A stretch of DNA of 64,000 nucleotides from an uncultured virus (IMG/VR IMGVR_UViG_3300030103_000980) (taxonomy: Duplodnaviria > Heunggongvirae > Uroviricota > Caudoviricetes): IMG/VR virus record IMGVR_UViG_3300030103_000980; one strand, 5' to 3'. Under the pieces are notes generated by a model that had not been told where the DNA came from, searched no databases, and worked only from the letters and a program-made list of their open reading frames with translations. Every line of letters starts with the position of its first letter. The first letter of the stretch is position 1. Positions 55,345 to 64,000 of the stretch are shown in pieces. The translations under genes and the position numbers were made by a program.

Positions 55345-55493
55345 TTCTTTTTCTTCCTACCTGCACAATGTGCTCTTTCGCTAAACCCACGCGGACGCTT
55401 ACAGTTTATTTTTGCCTTGCGTTTCTTACTCCACTTGCGTTTTTGCGGTGGTTTGGATATTTGGCTTGCGAGTGACCCACGCGAGATTGCCAT
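55341..55493 (-). CDS. 50-aa basic protein
   Basis: Hand-translated MAISRG...INCKRPRGFSERAHC; ATGA coupling to next gene. Confidence 0.75.
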   Translation of the reverse strand: MAISRGSLASQISKPPQKRKWSKKRKAKINCKRPRGFSERAHCAGRKKKK

Positions 55494-55671
55494 CATTGAC
55501 CCTTTCTTGTAAGTAATAGTCCCAAAGTTCAGCCAGCACTTTATGGTTCTGGTCTACTTTAACAGCTATAACAGCAGTCTCAGTCTTCAAGTCAACCACA
55601 GTAAAAGCTATCCAGCCAATAAAGCCGAGCGTTGCGCCACCAATAAAACTGTTCACGTTTAACACTTCCAT
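55426..55671 (-). CDS. Small membrane protein
   Basis: N-terminal TM then short coiled coil. Confidence 0.6.
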   Translation of the reverse strand: MEVLNVNSFIGGATLGFIGWIAFTVVDLKTETAVIAVKVDQNHKVLAELWDYYLQERVNDGNLAWVTRKPNIQTTAKTQVE

Positions 55672-55955
55672 CTCCGCCTCGCTTGCCTCAATCTGCTATT
55701 CGGATCTTTGGCTGCTTTTGGAAACTTTTTCATTTGACCAGCACTTCTAGCGCAGAAAGACTTACGTCTTTTAGCGTCCTTGCTACCCTTTTTGACTTTA
55801 CCTGTTACGGCTGTCTTTAACTTAGAACCAGGATTGGCGCGACGGTACGCTGCCACGCCAGCCTTGGTCATGCCTGCACCTGCTTTCGTTGGACGAAAGT
55901 TTTTCTTATTACGGGGCGGCATCTTACTTTTTTTACGAGTCATAGGACTACCCAA
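55659..55955 (-). CDS. Basic protein (DUF6321-like)
   Basis: NPGSKLK...RRKSFCAR...RRRWKC. Confidence 0.75.
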   Translation of the reverse strand: MGSPMTRKKSKMPPRNKKNFRPTKAGAGMTKAGVAAYRRANPGSKLKTAVTGKVKKGSKDAKRRKSFCARSAGQMKKFPKAAKDPNSRLRQARRRWKC

Positions 55956-56223
55956 AGAAAGCAGTTATCGCGTCTACGTTTGTCAATGTAACATGGCACC
56001 CGTCATCAAATATTATTCCGTGATCAGGAATAGTAATCTGAGTGTCGTCACCCGCTACAAATGTCATGGTTAAAAGCGTTGTGCCACCAGAACCACCAGT
56101 TTTGAAAACTGCCGCAGGAGACCCACTCCCAGCAGAACGAACCACAAAAGCTTTTAAGCGGGTTCGACCACCAAGCAATGTGCCTGTGGCTGTAGCAGTT
56201 TTTGCTGTAATAGAAGCAGCCAT
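55948..56223 (-). CDS. Small structural protein
   Basis: GGAGG RBS; IPDHGIIF. Confidence 0.75.
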   Translation of the reverse strand: MAASITAKTATATGTLLGGRTRLKAFVVRSAGSGSPAAVFKTGGSGGTTLLTMTFVAGDDTQITIPDHGIIFDDGCHVTLTNVDAITAFFG

Positions 56224-56235
56224 ATCAGCCTCCTA

Positions 56236-56718
56236 TTAAGCAGTTGGTGAATCAGAAGCAATACCAAAGAACTTCAGAGCGACAACGCCACCAGCACCTG
56301 CTGTACCAGAAATCACAACTTCAACTTCGTCAGCGGTCTCTGTAGCAGCAGTTGTTGTTCCACCAGACATGCCAAGCACACCGTTACAAGGGAAGAAGCC
56401 CTTAAAACCTGTTGAGTTAATAGCAACAGAAATGCCATCCACAAAACCATCTGTGTCAGCGTCTGTGCCAATATCAACCAAGTTTACGTTGTTAGCCGCA
56501 GCACTTGTTACTGTGACGGCAACGCCCATAGGAATGAAGTTAGACGGAATCCCAATTGATGATTCTTTGTGATCTGTACCAGATGCAGCAATTGTAATTG
56601 AAGTGCTGTAGGTAGACAAAGTCATTTCATTGGTAAGAGCACCAGTGTTAGCGTTCTTGATGATTGTCTTAAATCCGTTTTCTGAACGGACGGGACCGTT
56701 GAAAGTAGTATTAGCCAA
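56236..56718 (-). CDS. Head-associated structural protein (TTG start)
   Basis: MANTTFNGPVRSENGF; AGGAG RBS; first gene after the capsid. Confidence 0.8.
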   Translation of the reverse strand: MANTTFNGPVRSENGFKTIIKNANTGALTNEMTLSTYSTSITIAASGTDHKESSIGIPSNFIPMGVAVTVTSAAANNVNLVDIGTDADTDGFVDGISVAINSTGFKGFFPCNGVLGMSGGTTTAATETADEVEVVISGTAGAGGVVALKFFGIASDSPTA

Positions 56719-56770
56719 TTTTATCTCCTGTCTCGGCTAGTGTCAGCCACACCATGCGGCTGTCAGGGAT
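56712..56770 (-). ncRNA. Structured RNA leader, candidate Mu-gpT-DE-like motif
   Basis: Stem CAGCCGCA/TGTGGCTG, outer CCTG/CAGG over the RBS, TAGCC complementary to GGCTA at the start codon; lies downstream of the gpT-like gene. Confidence 0.55.
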
Positions 56771-56785
56771 ACCTAAGTATACAAT

Positions 56786-56820
56786 AAAAAAGGGCGGGTG
56801 AATACCCGCCCTTTAAAAAA
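56786..56820 (-). terminator. Intrinsic terminator after major capsid gene
   Basis: AAAGGGCGGGT-GAAT-ACCCGCCCTTT stem followed by a T-run on the minus strand. Confidence 0.85.
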
Positions 56821-56833
56821 GATGTTTCTAACT

Positions 56834-57748
56834 TTACGCTGCGCCGGGTGAACCGAAGATACAACGTGGGTCAGAGAATCCAAAGCTGTAACGCTCACGA
56901 GCCTTGAAGCGCATGTTACCAGTGTCGAAGTCTGGGTCCATTGCTGTTGACAGTGCAGTACGCTCAAAGTGCTTGAGGCCATTTGGTGCATCTGTCTTGA
57001 GGAAGAACGCATCAGTATCAACCAAGTAGTCGTTGACAACGTAGCCTTCAGGCAACATGCCCATTGACTTGAGTGCGTTTACATCATTGTCTGCTGTGCC
57101 TACACGAAGGTTGGAGACAAGCAGACGTTCTGCAACGAACTGAAGCTGACGTGGAATGATTAGCTTCATACCGCGAAGAGCGATGATCAGGCCACGCTCA
57201 TCAACGAAACCAGCGATGCTAATCAGAGCGTCTTCTAAAGAAGTTTCATTCAAATCAGCAGCAGTTGATGGTTCGTTGGCGAATGTGCCACCTGATGTCA
57301 GCGGGTGTGACGCATCACACAGAGCAACACCGTCACCGCCAGCAAATGCGCCAGCAGAGAATGCATTGTTCAGGATTGATGCAGCTTTAACCTGCTTGGT
57401 GTGTGCCATAGAACGTGCAAGTGCACGAGTATAGCGTGAAGCCAGACGATCGTACAGATTGTCTTCCACAGCTTCTTCAGTGATTGAGAAGGCCATAGCC
57501 ACTGTCTCGTGGTTGTAACGAGCAGTGTATGCTTCGTTCGCATCATCGAATGATACGCCCGAACCTTCACTTTTTACAGGAGCCGCGCCGAATCCTGACA
57601 GCATTACCTCTTCTTCAAACGCCCGGTCAGATGACTCGGTGTCAAAGATTTCAGAATGCTGACCTTCGTAGCGACCATATTCCATGCCGAACAGAGCGTT
57701 AAGACCAGGCTCTAGTTCTTTGGCGAGTTGTGCTCTAGAAATAGCCAT
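56834..57748 (-). CDS. Major capsid protein (Mu gpT-like)
   Basis: MAISRAQLAKELEPGLNALFG...GGDGVALC..SHP...KARERYSFG.SD.R. Confidence 0.9.
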   Translation of the reverse strand: MAISRAQLAKELEPGLNALFGMEYGRYEGQHSEIFDTESSDRAFEEEVMLSGFGAAPVKSEGSGVSFDDANEAYTARYNHETVAMAFSITEEAVEDNLYDRLASRYTRALARSMAHTKQVKAASILNNAFSAGAFAGGDGVALCDASHPLTSGGTFANEPSTAADLNETSLEDALISIAGFVDERGLIIALRGMKLIIPRQLQFVAERLLVSNLRVGTADNDVNALKSMGMLPEGYVVNDYLVDTDAFFLKTDAPNGLKHFERTALSTAMDPDFDTGNMRFKARERYSFGFSDPRCIFGSPGAA

Positions 57749-57761
57749 TACCTACACTCCC

Positions 57762-58376
57762 TTACGAAATTGCCGCTTCAGAATCAGCCTGAAGCAGTGC
57801 GTGATTATTAAGCATCACAATCATAGGAATGCCAGCAGCAGCGAAGTCTTCATTCTCAACGTCGTCTTGAATGCCAACAATCTTCAAAGGAAGAGAAGCA
57901 TTTGATGAGTCAAGAGTTGCGACATCCATTTTTGCACTGGAAATGCCTGTGGTTGTGTTACCACTTGCACCACTGTCTAACTGCGAATTTTCAAAAATTG
58001 CAGCAATTGCAGTAGCCCTATCGGTAAATGTAGCATCCGTCGCAATAATGTAACGCTGCATCGGGTTGTCGTACACGAATCCGATAATATCGAAGTTTGT
58101 GTCCGCACCTGACCCAGGCCATGTATTGGAAAATACTTTTTTACCTGTGGTTGAGGATACATACTCACAGCCAGCAAAAACGCCAAGAGGAGCTTCGGTG
58201 TCCGCAGTAGCAGAACTAATGACGATTTCGCCGCCATTGTCGCACTTAACTATTGAACCCTGAAAGATCGCGCTTGCGCCGCTGTCAATAAAGTATGCAT
58301 TAGTACCAGAAGTAGCAGGAGTGCTACCAGCGGTATTAATCGGCTTTAGGCCGAAGGCAACATTAACATTTGCCAT
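57762..58376 (-). CDS. Capsid decoration/cement-like protein
   Basis: MANVNVAFGLKP...IFQG...GVFAGCEY; directly upstream of capsid gene. Confidence 0.7.
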   Translation of the reverse strand: MANVNVAFGLKPINTAGSTPATSGTNAYFIDSGASAIFQGSIVKCDNGGEIVISSATADTEAPLGVFAGCEYVSSTTGKKVFSNTWPGSGADTNFDIIGFVYDNPMQRYIIATDATFTDRATAIAAIFENSQLDSGASGNTTTGISSAKMDVATLDSSNASLPLKIVGIQDDVENEDFAAAGIPMIVMLNNHALLQADSEAAIS

Positions 58377-58403
58377 TGCTTACTCCTTGTCAAGTTAAGA
58401 AGG

Positions 58404-58871
58404 CTAGGTTTTATCCTTGCCCCCAAATGATACACGACTTTGCCTATCGTTATGAATAGGCATTGAGGGATGTTGTTCCCTCATAAGGTTTTGATCCACG
58501 GCATCCATTTGTGTGCGGGTCTGCTCCCGGAAGTATTCAGTTCGTTCTTCTACCGTTTCTTCTGGGATCCGGGCTAACATTAAGCCACCGACCCCAATAA
58601 CACCTGCGTGTGTTCCATCCTCAATAGTCGGGTAACGACCCGCTAACTCAGGATATTCATCCGCACGAACAGGTTCCCATCCTTCACGAAGCCTGGAAGA
58701 CACATTCATCGAGTCATCTTCCCCCCGAATGGAGGTACGAATCCAACGATGCGCGTATCCTGTTGGTGGCTCTGGAGCCTCCAGCTTAGAAGGTGGTGTC
58801 CACGGCCTACGCCTTGTGGACTTTGCACGAGTTTGTGAGTCCCGTGAAACTCTTTTTGTTGAATCAGCCAT
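58404..58871 (-). CDS. Conserved head-region protein
   Basis: WTPPSKL...HRWIR...REGWEPV...GGLMLARIP. Confidence 0.85.
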   Translation of the reverse strand: MADSTKRVSRDSQTRAKSTRRRPWTPPSKLEAPEPPTGYAHRWIRTSIRGEDDSMNVSSRLREGWEPVRADEYPELAGRYPTIEDGTHAGVIGVGGLMLARIPEETVEERTEYFREQTRTQMDAVDQNLMREQHPSMPIHNDRQSRVSFGGKDKT

Positions 58872-58876
58872 CTGTT

Positions 58877-59776
58877 TTACTCCTTTACATACTTAGCGTA
58901 TTCTTCGAGCGGAACATTCAACCGCTTTGCTATCGCTATCTGCGATGGAGTCAGCTTGACTGTTCTGCGCCCCTTTGTTGACTTTGACCGTGAGGCCGTG
59001 GACTCAGCAGAAGCGACTCTGGGTCCTGTATCGCTTTTGGCAGGAGCCGCAAACTTGTGCGGAAACTCTTTCCTCATGCGATTGTCAAGTTCATTATAGT
59101 ACTCATTGGACTGTGGGTCAAATCCCTCATCCTCAATTAATTGCCTATGAAGACCAAAAGCAGCGTAAGTCATGGTTTGATCGCTACCAAACCATTCATT
59201 TTTTTGTGCCCACTGCTCCGCTTTCGGGTCTGGCGGGACAGGCTGTTGTTGCTGCGGTTGTTGTACAGGTTCTTGTACAGCTTGCTCGGCGCGGCTTTCC
59301 TGTCTGCGCTTCGCCTGTTCAAGCTGCGCTTGGTCTAAAGCTAACTTACTTAGATTTTTTTGTGCGTCAAACATAGCTTCAGCATCGCCATCATCATAAG
59401 CTTTTTGATAAGCCTGTTTGGCGGCTTCAATTTGAGAATCAACTCGTGTGCCAAACTCTGATGTGTAGGACTGATCTAGTGCGTCAAGACGCTGTTTAAG
59501 CTCATCGTTCTGCTTCTTCACGGCTTCAGCAAACTCAACCGCTGCTAGCCGCTGTGCTTCTTCATCACGATACTTCTTCGTTAACTTACTAATTCGCTGT
59601 TGAACATTCTTAGAATACTCCTGAAGCTCATCTTCATTAGCCGCTTGAGGCTGTTCTTCAGCTTCAGAGGTTTCTTCACTAACAGTAACTTCTGACTGTT
59701 CCTGTTCCTGTTCTTCAGCCTCTTCTAAAACAATTTCTTTTTCTTCAGCTTCCTGCTGTAATGCGTCGGTGGACAT
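58877..59776 (-). CDS. Putative capsid scaffolding protein (copy 2)
   Basis: Homologue of 402..1304. Confidence 0.75.
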   Translation of the reverse strand: MSTDALQQEAEEKEIVLEEAEEQEQEQSEVTVSEETSEAEEQPQAANEDELQEYSKNVQQRISKLTKKYRDEEAQRLAAVEFAEAVKKQNDELKQRLDALDQSYTSEFGTRVDSQIEAAKQAYQKAYDDGDAEAMFDAQKNLSKLALDQAQLEQAKRRQESRAEQAVQEPVQQPQQQQPVPPDPKAEQWAQKNEWFGSDQTMTYAAFGLHRQLIEDEGFDPQSNEYYNELDNRMRKEFPHKFAAPAKSDTGPRVASAESTASRSKSTKGRRTVKLTPSQIAIAKRLNVPLEEYAKYVKE

Positions 59777-60201
59777 TATGCCGCTCCATACGTTTTAATA
59801 TCGTCGGGGTCAACGATGGTTGCAATGACTTCGTCATCATTAATAATTCTCACTTCGCCGCCTTCGATTTGAAATCTAGAGCCAGCGTAGCGTCCGATAC
59901 ACACCCAATCACCCTCTTTGCACCACGCTTCACCACCAAACTTATCTGAGTCTTGATACGCCAATGGACCTACCTTAACCACATAAGCTACGACAGTTGC
60001 ACGAGATTCGCGCTCTCTTGCTTGATCAGGAACGTAAACCCCACTTTCAGTTTTCTCACGCCCCATATAAGGCATGACAAGCAATCGCCATCCTGTAGGC
60101 TGTGGAATTCTTTCTGTAAGGGACTTTTGTTTTGCGGCCTTCTCGGCCTTTGTTTTCGCTTCGCGTTGCGCGAGAACATATTCAGGTACTATCAACGTCA
60201 T
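59776..60201 (-). CDS. groES: Co-chaperonin GroES (copy 2)
   Basis: 8 aa differences from copy 1 over 141 aa. Confidence 0.92.
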   Translation of the reverse strand: MTLIVPEYVLAQREAKTKAEKAAKQKSLTERIPQPTGWRLLVMPYMGREKTESGVYVPDQARERESRATVVAYVVKVGPLAYQDSDKFGGEAWCKEGDWVCIGRYAGSRFQIEGGEVRIINDDEVIATIVDPDDIKTYGAA

Positions 60202-60391
60202 TGATATATTTTGCCTTTGTCAGCAGGGTCTTCATTTCATCAAGAGCAAAGGTGACACCCTGTATTTCACCGACTCTTGCGCGGTAGTCTTCAATATCTG
60301 TGATACTACCACTGGTTACAGAAACACTAATGTCTTCTATACGATTGTTCAAGACTTTTTGATACTTTGTTATAAAATCTACGATATCCAC
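60182..60391 (-). CDS. Conserved small phage protein (copy 2)
   Basis: Homologue of 1710..1919. Confidence 0.8.
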   Translation of the reverse strand: MDIVDFITKYQKVLNNRIEDISVSVTSGSITDIEDYRARVGEIQGVTFALDEMKTLLTKAKYINDVDST

Positions 60392-60393
60392 AT

Positions 60394-60543
60394 CTATTCC
60401 CGTTCATTTAACTTTCTTTTACCGTCTTGCCACCACTTAATTCTTTCTTTGATGGCCTCCTCCTCACAGTAACCACACAAATGTATTAGCCTGTCGTAAC
60501 TATCATACGAGCAGTTTTCACATTTATTATTCGTGTTCTCCAC
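60394..60543 (-). CDS. Small Cys-rich protein (copy 2)
   Basis: Homologue of 1922..2071. Confidence 0.65.
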   Translation of the reverse strand: MENTNNKCENCSYDSYDRLIHLCGYCEEEAIKERIKWWQDGKRKLNERE

Positions 60544-60811
60544 CAGTTCCTCTGCCCAAGCCACCAAAATATTGAGGTCTGCGTTTTGCTGTTTCAAATG
60601 TACCTAATGTTATAAAGATTCCTGCTATTAAGAGAGCATGAATACTAGCCGAAACACCAAACGCAACTATACTTCCTAAATACATAGAAAAAATTATGCA
60701 CCACATCCACGCAAGAACTTGCATGATCATATGCCGCGTATTTGTGTCAGGAATGTAACGTAACGGATTCTTTTCAGAATCCATCACCAGTGCCCAAGTT
60801 TGTTTTATCAT
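60527..60811 (-). CDS. Small membrane protein (copy 2)
   Basis: Homologue of 2055..2339. Confidence 0.8.
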   Translation of the reverse strand: MIKQTWALVMDSEKNPLRYIPDTNTRHMIMQVLAWMWCIIFSMYLGSIVAFGVSASIHALLIAGIFITLGTFETAKRRPQYFGGLGRGTGGEHE

Positions 60812-61282
60812 CTATGCCGCTTCCGTTATAGGACCGCCAGACACCCATGCATTACAAACGCGCATTGATGCACACTTAAACTTTATAAACTGACAGTAAC
60901 CAATGTCTCCGGCATCCACGGACGCATAAGGATCTGCTCCGTCTTCAAAACCAATGCCTTTAGCAATGCAGTCTTTTATTCGTGAAGTGACATTGAACGC
61001 AGCACAGTTGCCGCATCTGCTATCTTTTGCCGCTTCAATATCAGTGTTGAAGGTGTCCGCTATCTTTTGCCAGAATGAATCGTTTTTGCCGCTGTCATCT
61101 AAGTTTGGGTTTAACGGTCCGTAACCATACTCATCAATAGCCTTTTGTCTGTTTTCAAGATTTAAGTCTAAGTCCTGTGTAGCCGCAGGACAAGAGCCTT
61201 CCATCTTGTCCACAGGTATACCGTCTTGTATTTCTTTTCCAAGATCCAACCCGTCAGGTATTATTTTTATTTCTATTCTCAT
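60812..61282 (-). CDS. Conserved Cys-rich protein (copy 2)
   Basis: Homologue of 2340..2810. Confidence 0.8.
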   Translation of the reverse strand: MRIEIKIIPDGLDLGKEIQDGIPVDKMEGSCPAATQDLDLNLENRQKAIDEYGYGPLNPNLDDSGKNDSFWQKIADTFNTDIEAAKDSRCGNCAAFNVTSRIKDCIAKGIGFEDGADPYASVDAGDIGYCQFIKFKCASMRVCNAWVSGGPITEAA

Positions 61283-62592
61283 TGCGCGCCTACTCCCTTC
61301 AAAAAGGCGGGTCCCTGTTGAAAATTACCGCTTCCTGTGACTCTTCGGCTAGTTGTACCTTGATCGGCTAGTGCATCTTGTATAGAACCCAACAAACTGT
61401 CAATATCAACGCCGCTAGACAGTCCAAGCTCTTTTGATAAATCATAGGAAAGACCAAATGCAGTGCCGGGAACGCTTAACTGTACTTTTCCTGTTCTTGA
61501 GTCAAATGTTCCAGTACGACCCTTATCAAGCTGCTCTTGAATGTCCTGCACCTTATAACCTCCGCCTGCTTGTTCCATTCCCGCTAGTACACCAGGGTCA
61601 CTCAAATCATATACTTTTGCTGTAGCTGTTGGGTTACCTAATCCTGATGGAGCAGACGGTGCGGCAGAAGCTCTGTCTATACCACTCAGCATCGCTGCCA
61701 TCATGCGATCTTGTGTGCTAGGCTTAATTGCACTCAGGTTCATTGTTTGAACTTCTTGAGCCGGGGTGGGAACTTGCTGCGACATGTTCTGACTCATAGC
61801 GTCACGCTGACGTGGGTTTAAGCTAGGAACCGACCCCGCTGGACGAGACACAGAATCAACCATCGAATCAGCTTGCGCGTCAGGAAACAAACTTCTTATC
61901 CCGGATCTTGCTTGGTCTAACAGTTCAGAGGCAGTGGTTTTTAACTGCCCCGCCGCTCTACCCACGGTGCCGGGTTCTGGCTGAATAGCTCCACCAAAAC
62001 CACCCAATAGACTTTCTAGTAAACCGCCCTGATCTTGCTCGTATCCTTCAGGAAGCATTCCTTCAGGGGCGTATACTGTACGTCCCGCTCTTTCTAACAT
62101 ACCTGCACCAGGAACTATTGATCCAAGAGCAAGACCTGCAATGCCTTCACCAAGTGTCTGTTCTCTGGTTCCACCAACACGAGGACCAGCCGTTGTCATC
62201 TCACCTTCTGCGCCACCAAACAGTTTACCAAACCCACCTCTTACCGCCATCTGTGGGTTGTTAAAGCGTTGTTCTGCCATACCCCCTAATTGATTCAGAG
62301 TATTTTGAGGTATTATGTTTTGATAACTTACATTATCTGCACCAAATATTTTTGAAAAGAAACTGTTCGGATAGGGGTTTCTTACATTACCTTGTTGGTC
62401 ACGCACAACACCAGAGGTGCGGTTTTGACCACCACCGTCATCGCTGCTACCAGAACTAGAAATGCTTTCTCCAGCTACCGTAGAACGACCCGAAGTAATA
62501 TCGGAAATACTTGCTCCGGCACCACCAAAAGCATCTAACCCGCTAGAGGTGTTGCCTTCTGAAAAACTTCCTGGACCGTCTTGTCTAGCCAT
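61279..62592 (-). CDS. Gly/Ser-rich putative virion protein (copy 2, 437 aa)
   Basis: Core homologous to 2807..3808, different termini. Confidence 0.75.
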   Translation of the reverse strand: MARQDGPGSFSEGNTSSGLDAFGGAGASISDITSGRSTVAGESISSSGSSDDGGGQNRTSGVVRDQQGNVRNPYPNSFFSKIFGADNVSYQNIIPQNTLNQLGGMAEQRFNNPQMAVRGGFGKLFGGAEGEMTTAGPRVGGTREQTLGEGIAGLALGSIVPGAGMLERAGRTVYAPEGMLPEGYEQDQGGLLESLLGGFGGAIQPEPGTVGRAAGQLKTTASELLDQARSGIRSLFPDAQADSMVDSVSRPAGSVPSLNPRQRDAMSQNMSQQVPTPAQEVQTMNLSAIKPSTQDRMMAAMLSGIDRASAAPSAPSGLGNPTATAKVYDLSDPGVLAGMEQAGGGYKVQDIQEQLDKGRTGTFDSRTGKVQLSVPGTAFGLSYDLSKELGLSSGVDIDSLLGSIQDALADQGTTSRRVTGSGNFQQGPAFLKGVGAQ

Positions 62593-63092
62593 TATCTTAA
62601 CTTCGCCGCCCTAGGGTTACCCATGTAGGCTTTGCCCATACCACGAACCATTTCATCTTCGTGGGTGTTATATGTGCCCATCGCGGCTTTAACAACTTTC
62701 TCATCGTCGCCACGACGCTTTAGTTTAGCTTCCCGTCTCGGAGCGTTGCGCATGTATTTTTCTAACATTTCTTCGTTCTTTAAAGCCTTCTCAAAGGCTT
62801 CGCGGTCAAAAGGCACCATTTCATTTAAGTCGCCGAGTTTAGGACGAGGCGTTGGACCAGTCACTGATTTTCCGTCTTTAGCTTTTAAAACCATATTTGT
62901 GTCCTCATCTGCAATGCGGTCAGCTTCATTTTGTTCACGCTTCATTTTGTTGAGCCGCTCTTCCATTCGAGCACGAGACTTGTCTAGCACACTACTTCCA
63001 GAATCTTGTGTGTTTCTACCCATTTCAATCAGTCTCTTCGCTTCGTTATATGAAATGCCAAGGTCATCAGCAAATTGTTTAATACGCGCCAT
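62592..63092 (-). CDS. Basic putative virion/core protein (copy 2)
   Basis: Homologue of 3808..4287. Confidence 0.8.
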   Translation of the reverse strand: MARIKQFADDLGISYNEAKRLIEMGRNTQDSGSSVLDKSRARMEERLNKMKREQNEADRIADEDTNMVLKAKDGKSVTGPTPRPKLGDLNEMVPFDREAFEKALKNEEMLEKYMRNAPRREAKLKRRGDDEKVVKAAMGTYNTHEDEMVRGMGKAYMGNPRAAKLR

Positions 63093-63116
63093 GTTTCTAT
63101 CCTACACTATTTTTAG

Positions 63117-63335
63117 TTAGTCAACCAGTCTTACAATATACTCTTTGCCGTCGATCCCGACACCCACTTCAACCTCGCGCTTCTCACAAGAGTAACGAGT
63201 TTCTTTTCTATCCTTCCACCCATTGCGTTCTATTTGACGCTTCATTTTTAAACAGGCAGGCATACTCATAGGCCCGGTGTGCTCTATAATACCACCGCTT
63301 AGATACAGTAACAATGTCATTGTTTTAGTGATCAC
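63117..63335 (-). CDS. Small hypothetical protein (copy 2)
   Basis: Homologue of 4312..4530. Confidence 0.75.
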   Translation of the reverse strand: MITKTMTLLLYLSGGIIEHTGPMSMPACLKMKRQIERNGWKDRKETRYSCEKREVEVGVGIDGKEYIVRLVD

Positions 63336-63720
63336 CGTTTCGCAACTTCTCTAAATTTTCTTCTAGGTTAGTTATACGCTTCTCGTAAAACTCTAAAGTT
63401 AGTTTTTGCTGTTGGTCGTATGGTGCTTTGCCACCCTCAATTTCGTTTTGCAGCTTTTCTAGCTCAGTAGCAATGTGCTCTATCAGCATGAATTGCTCAC
63501 TGTCTGCTGGCAAGCTACCCATTTCACCACGGGGCCACTTAATACGAAATTCTGTGTTCTGACCCAAGTCTGCCTGCATCATGGTCTGGTTTGTTTCTAG
63601 TGTGTTCAGCCTTTCAATCAAACCAAAGTAAGCCCACGTTGCTAAAGAAGCGGCAGCAACCATAGATATGATGTTGCGAAGCGGCAGAGCCACCTCTGTG
63701 TTATCGCTTAACTTTGGCAT
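63325..63720 (-). CDS. Membrane-anchored coiled-coil protein (copy 2)
   Basis: Homologue of 4520..4915. Confidence 0.8.
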   Translation of the reverse strand: MPKLSDNTEVALPLRNIISMVAAASLATWAYFGLIERLNTLETNQTMMQADLGQNTEFRIKWPRGEMGSLPADSEQFMLIEHIATELEKLQNEIEGGKAPYDQQQKLTLEFYEKRITNLEENLEKLRNGDH

Positions 63721-63927
63721 TTAACTCTTCTCGTGGTTAAGCCAAACCGCAAATGCACCTGTCATGGCCCCCGTGACTACACTCACCAGTGCGGCCTGCT
63801 CCGCTGTCGGACTTGACAGCGTCATAAACCACTCCACTACCCGCCAAGCCGATATTGACATCATAATCATCATCAAGCGGGGAAGTATCTTCCACTTGAG
63901 AAATCTTTCCATCGTCAATTCTGCCAT
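63721..63927 (-). CDS. Two-TM membrane protein (copy 2)
   Basis: Homologue of 4916..5122. Confidence 0.78.
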   Translation of the reverse strand: MAELTMERFLKWKILPRLMMIMMSISAWRVVEWFMTLSSPTAEQAALVSVVTGAMTGAFAVWLNHEKS

Positions 63928-63948
63928 TTTCTTTTTCCTTGATCAGCA

Positions 63949-64000
63949 CTACTTTTTCCTAAATTTATCCATTCCTTTAATACCTAACGCGGCACTACAC
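63949..64000 (-). CDS. Putative holin (copy 2), 3' end only
   Basis: Encodes ...SAALGIKGMDKFRKK*. Confidence 0.7.
   Translation of the reverse strand, partial: CSAALGIKGMDKFRKK

Larger units (their letters stand above)
58476..64000. repeat. Diverged direct repeat, copy 2 (continues beyond window)
   Basis: Colinear homology to 1..~5225. Confidence 0.97.

Noticed and set aside
60544..60597. TTG-start N-terminal extension of the small Cys-rich ORF
   Set aside because: The equivalent frame in copy 1 has an in-frame TAG, so the GTG at 60543/2071 is the more likely start
58476..64000. True direct terminal repeat or circular assembly overlap
   Set aside because: The copies differ by many substitutions, indels and non-homologous gene termini
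1..64000. Prophage with host flanks, integrase, tRNA or rRNA genes
   Set aside because: All recognisable genes are phage-like; none of these elements was seen by eye, though a tRNA scan was not run

Overview
The window is a marine-type, short-tailed (podovirus-like) dsDNA phage genome with a unit length of about 58.5 kb, followed by a diverged second copy of its first ~5.2 kb (1..~5225 corresponds to 58476..64000). A 10-N scaffold gap sits inside the portal gene (6570-6579), so the sequence is most likely a scaffold joining two related strains. The minus strand carries packaging and virion genes: TerL, TerS, portal, GroES, scaffold, Mu-gpT-like major capsid, adaptors, nozzle, candidate ejection proteins, a T4-type lysozyme and a ~7 kb array of tail-fibre-tip paralogues. 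The plus strand carries small early genes and a replication module (SNF2 helicase, AEP-type primase, UvrD-like helicase, Leu762-type family A polymerase). No RNA polymerase, integrase, tRNA or CRISPR array was recognised. Most notable features: (1) two adapter-plus-three-paralogue C1q/TNF-like modules suggesting heterotrimeric fibre tips; (2) an R-S-E ADP-ribosyltransferase-like domain inside a 1399-aa protein between terL and portal; (3) a shared basic-x-GG-x-V peptide tag on many unrelated late proteins; (4) promoter-gene-hairpin cassettes separated by polar GGCCGCA heptamer arrays, and an inverted iteron/A-tract element upstream of terS; (5) mini-genes flanked by exact 22-24 nt duplications of the RBS/start junction; (6) a structured RNA leader downstream of the capsid gene. 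All family assignments are from motif recognition only; no searches were run.
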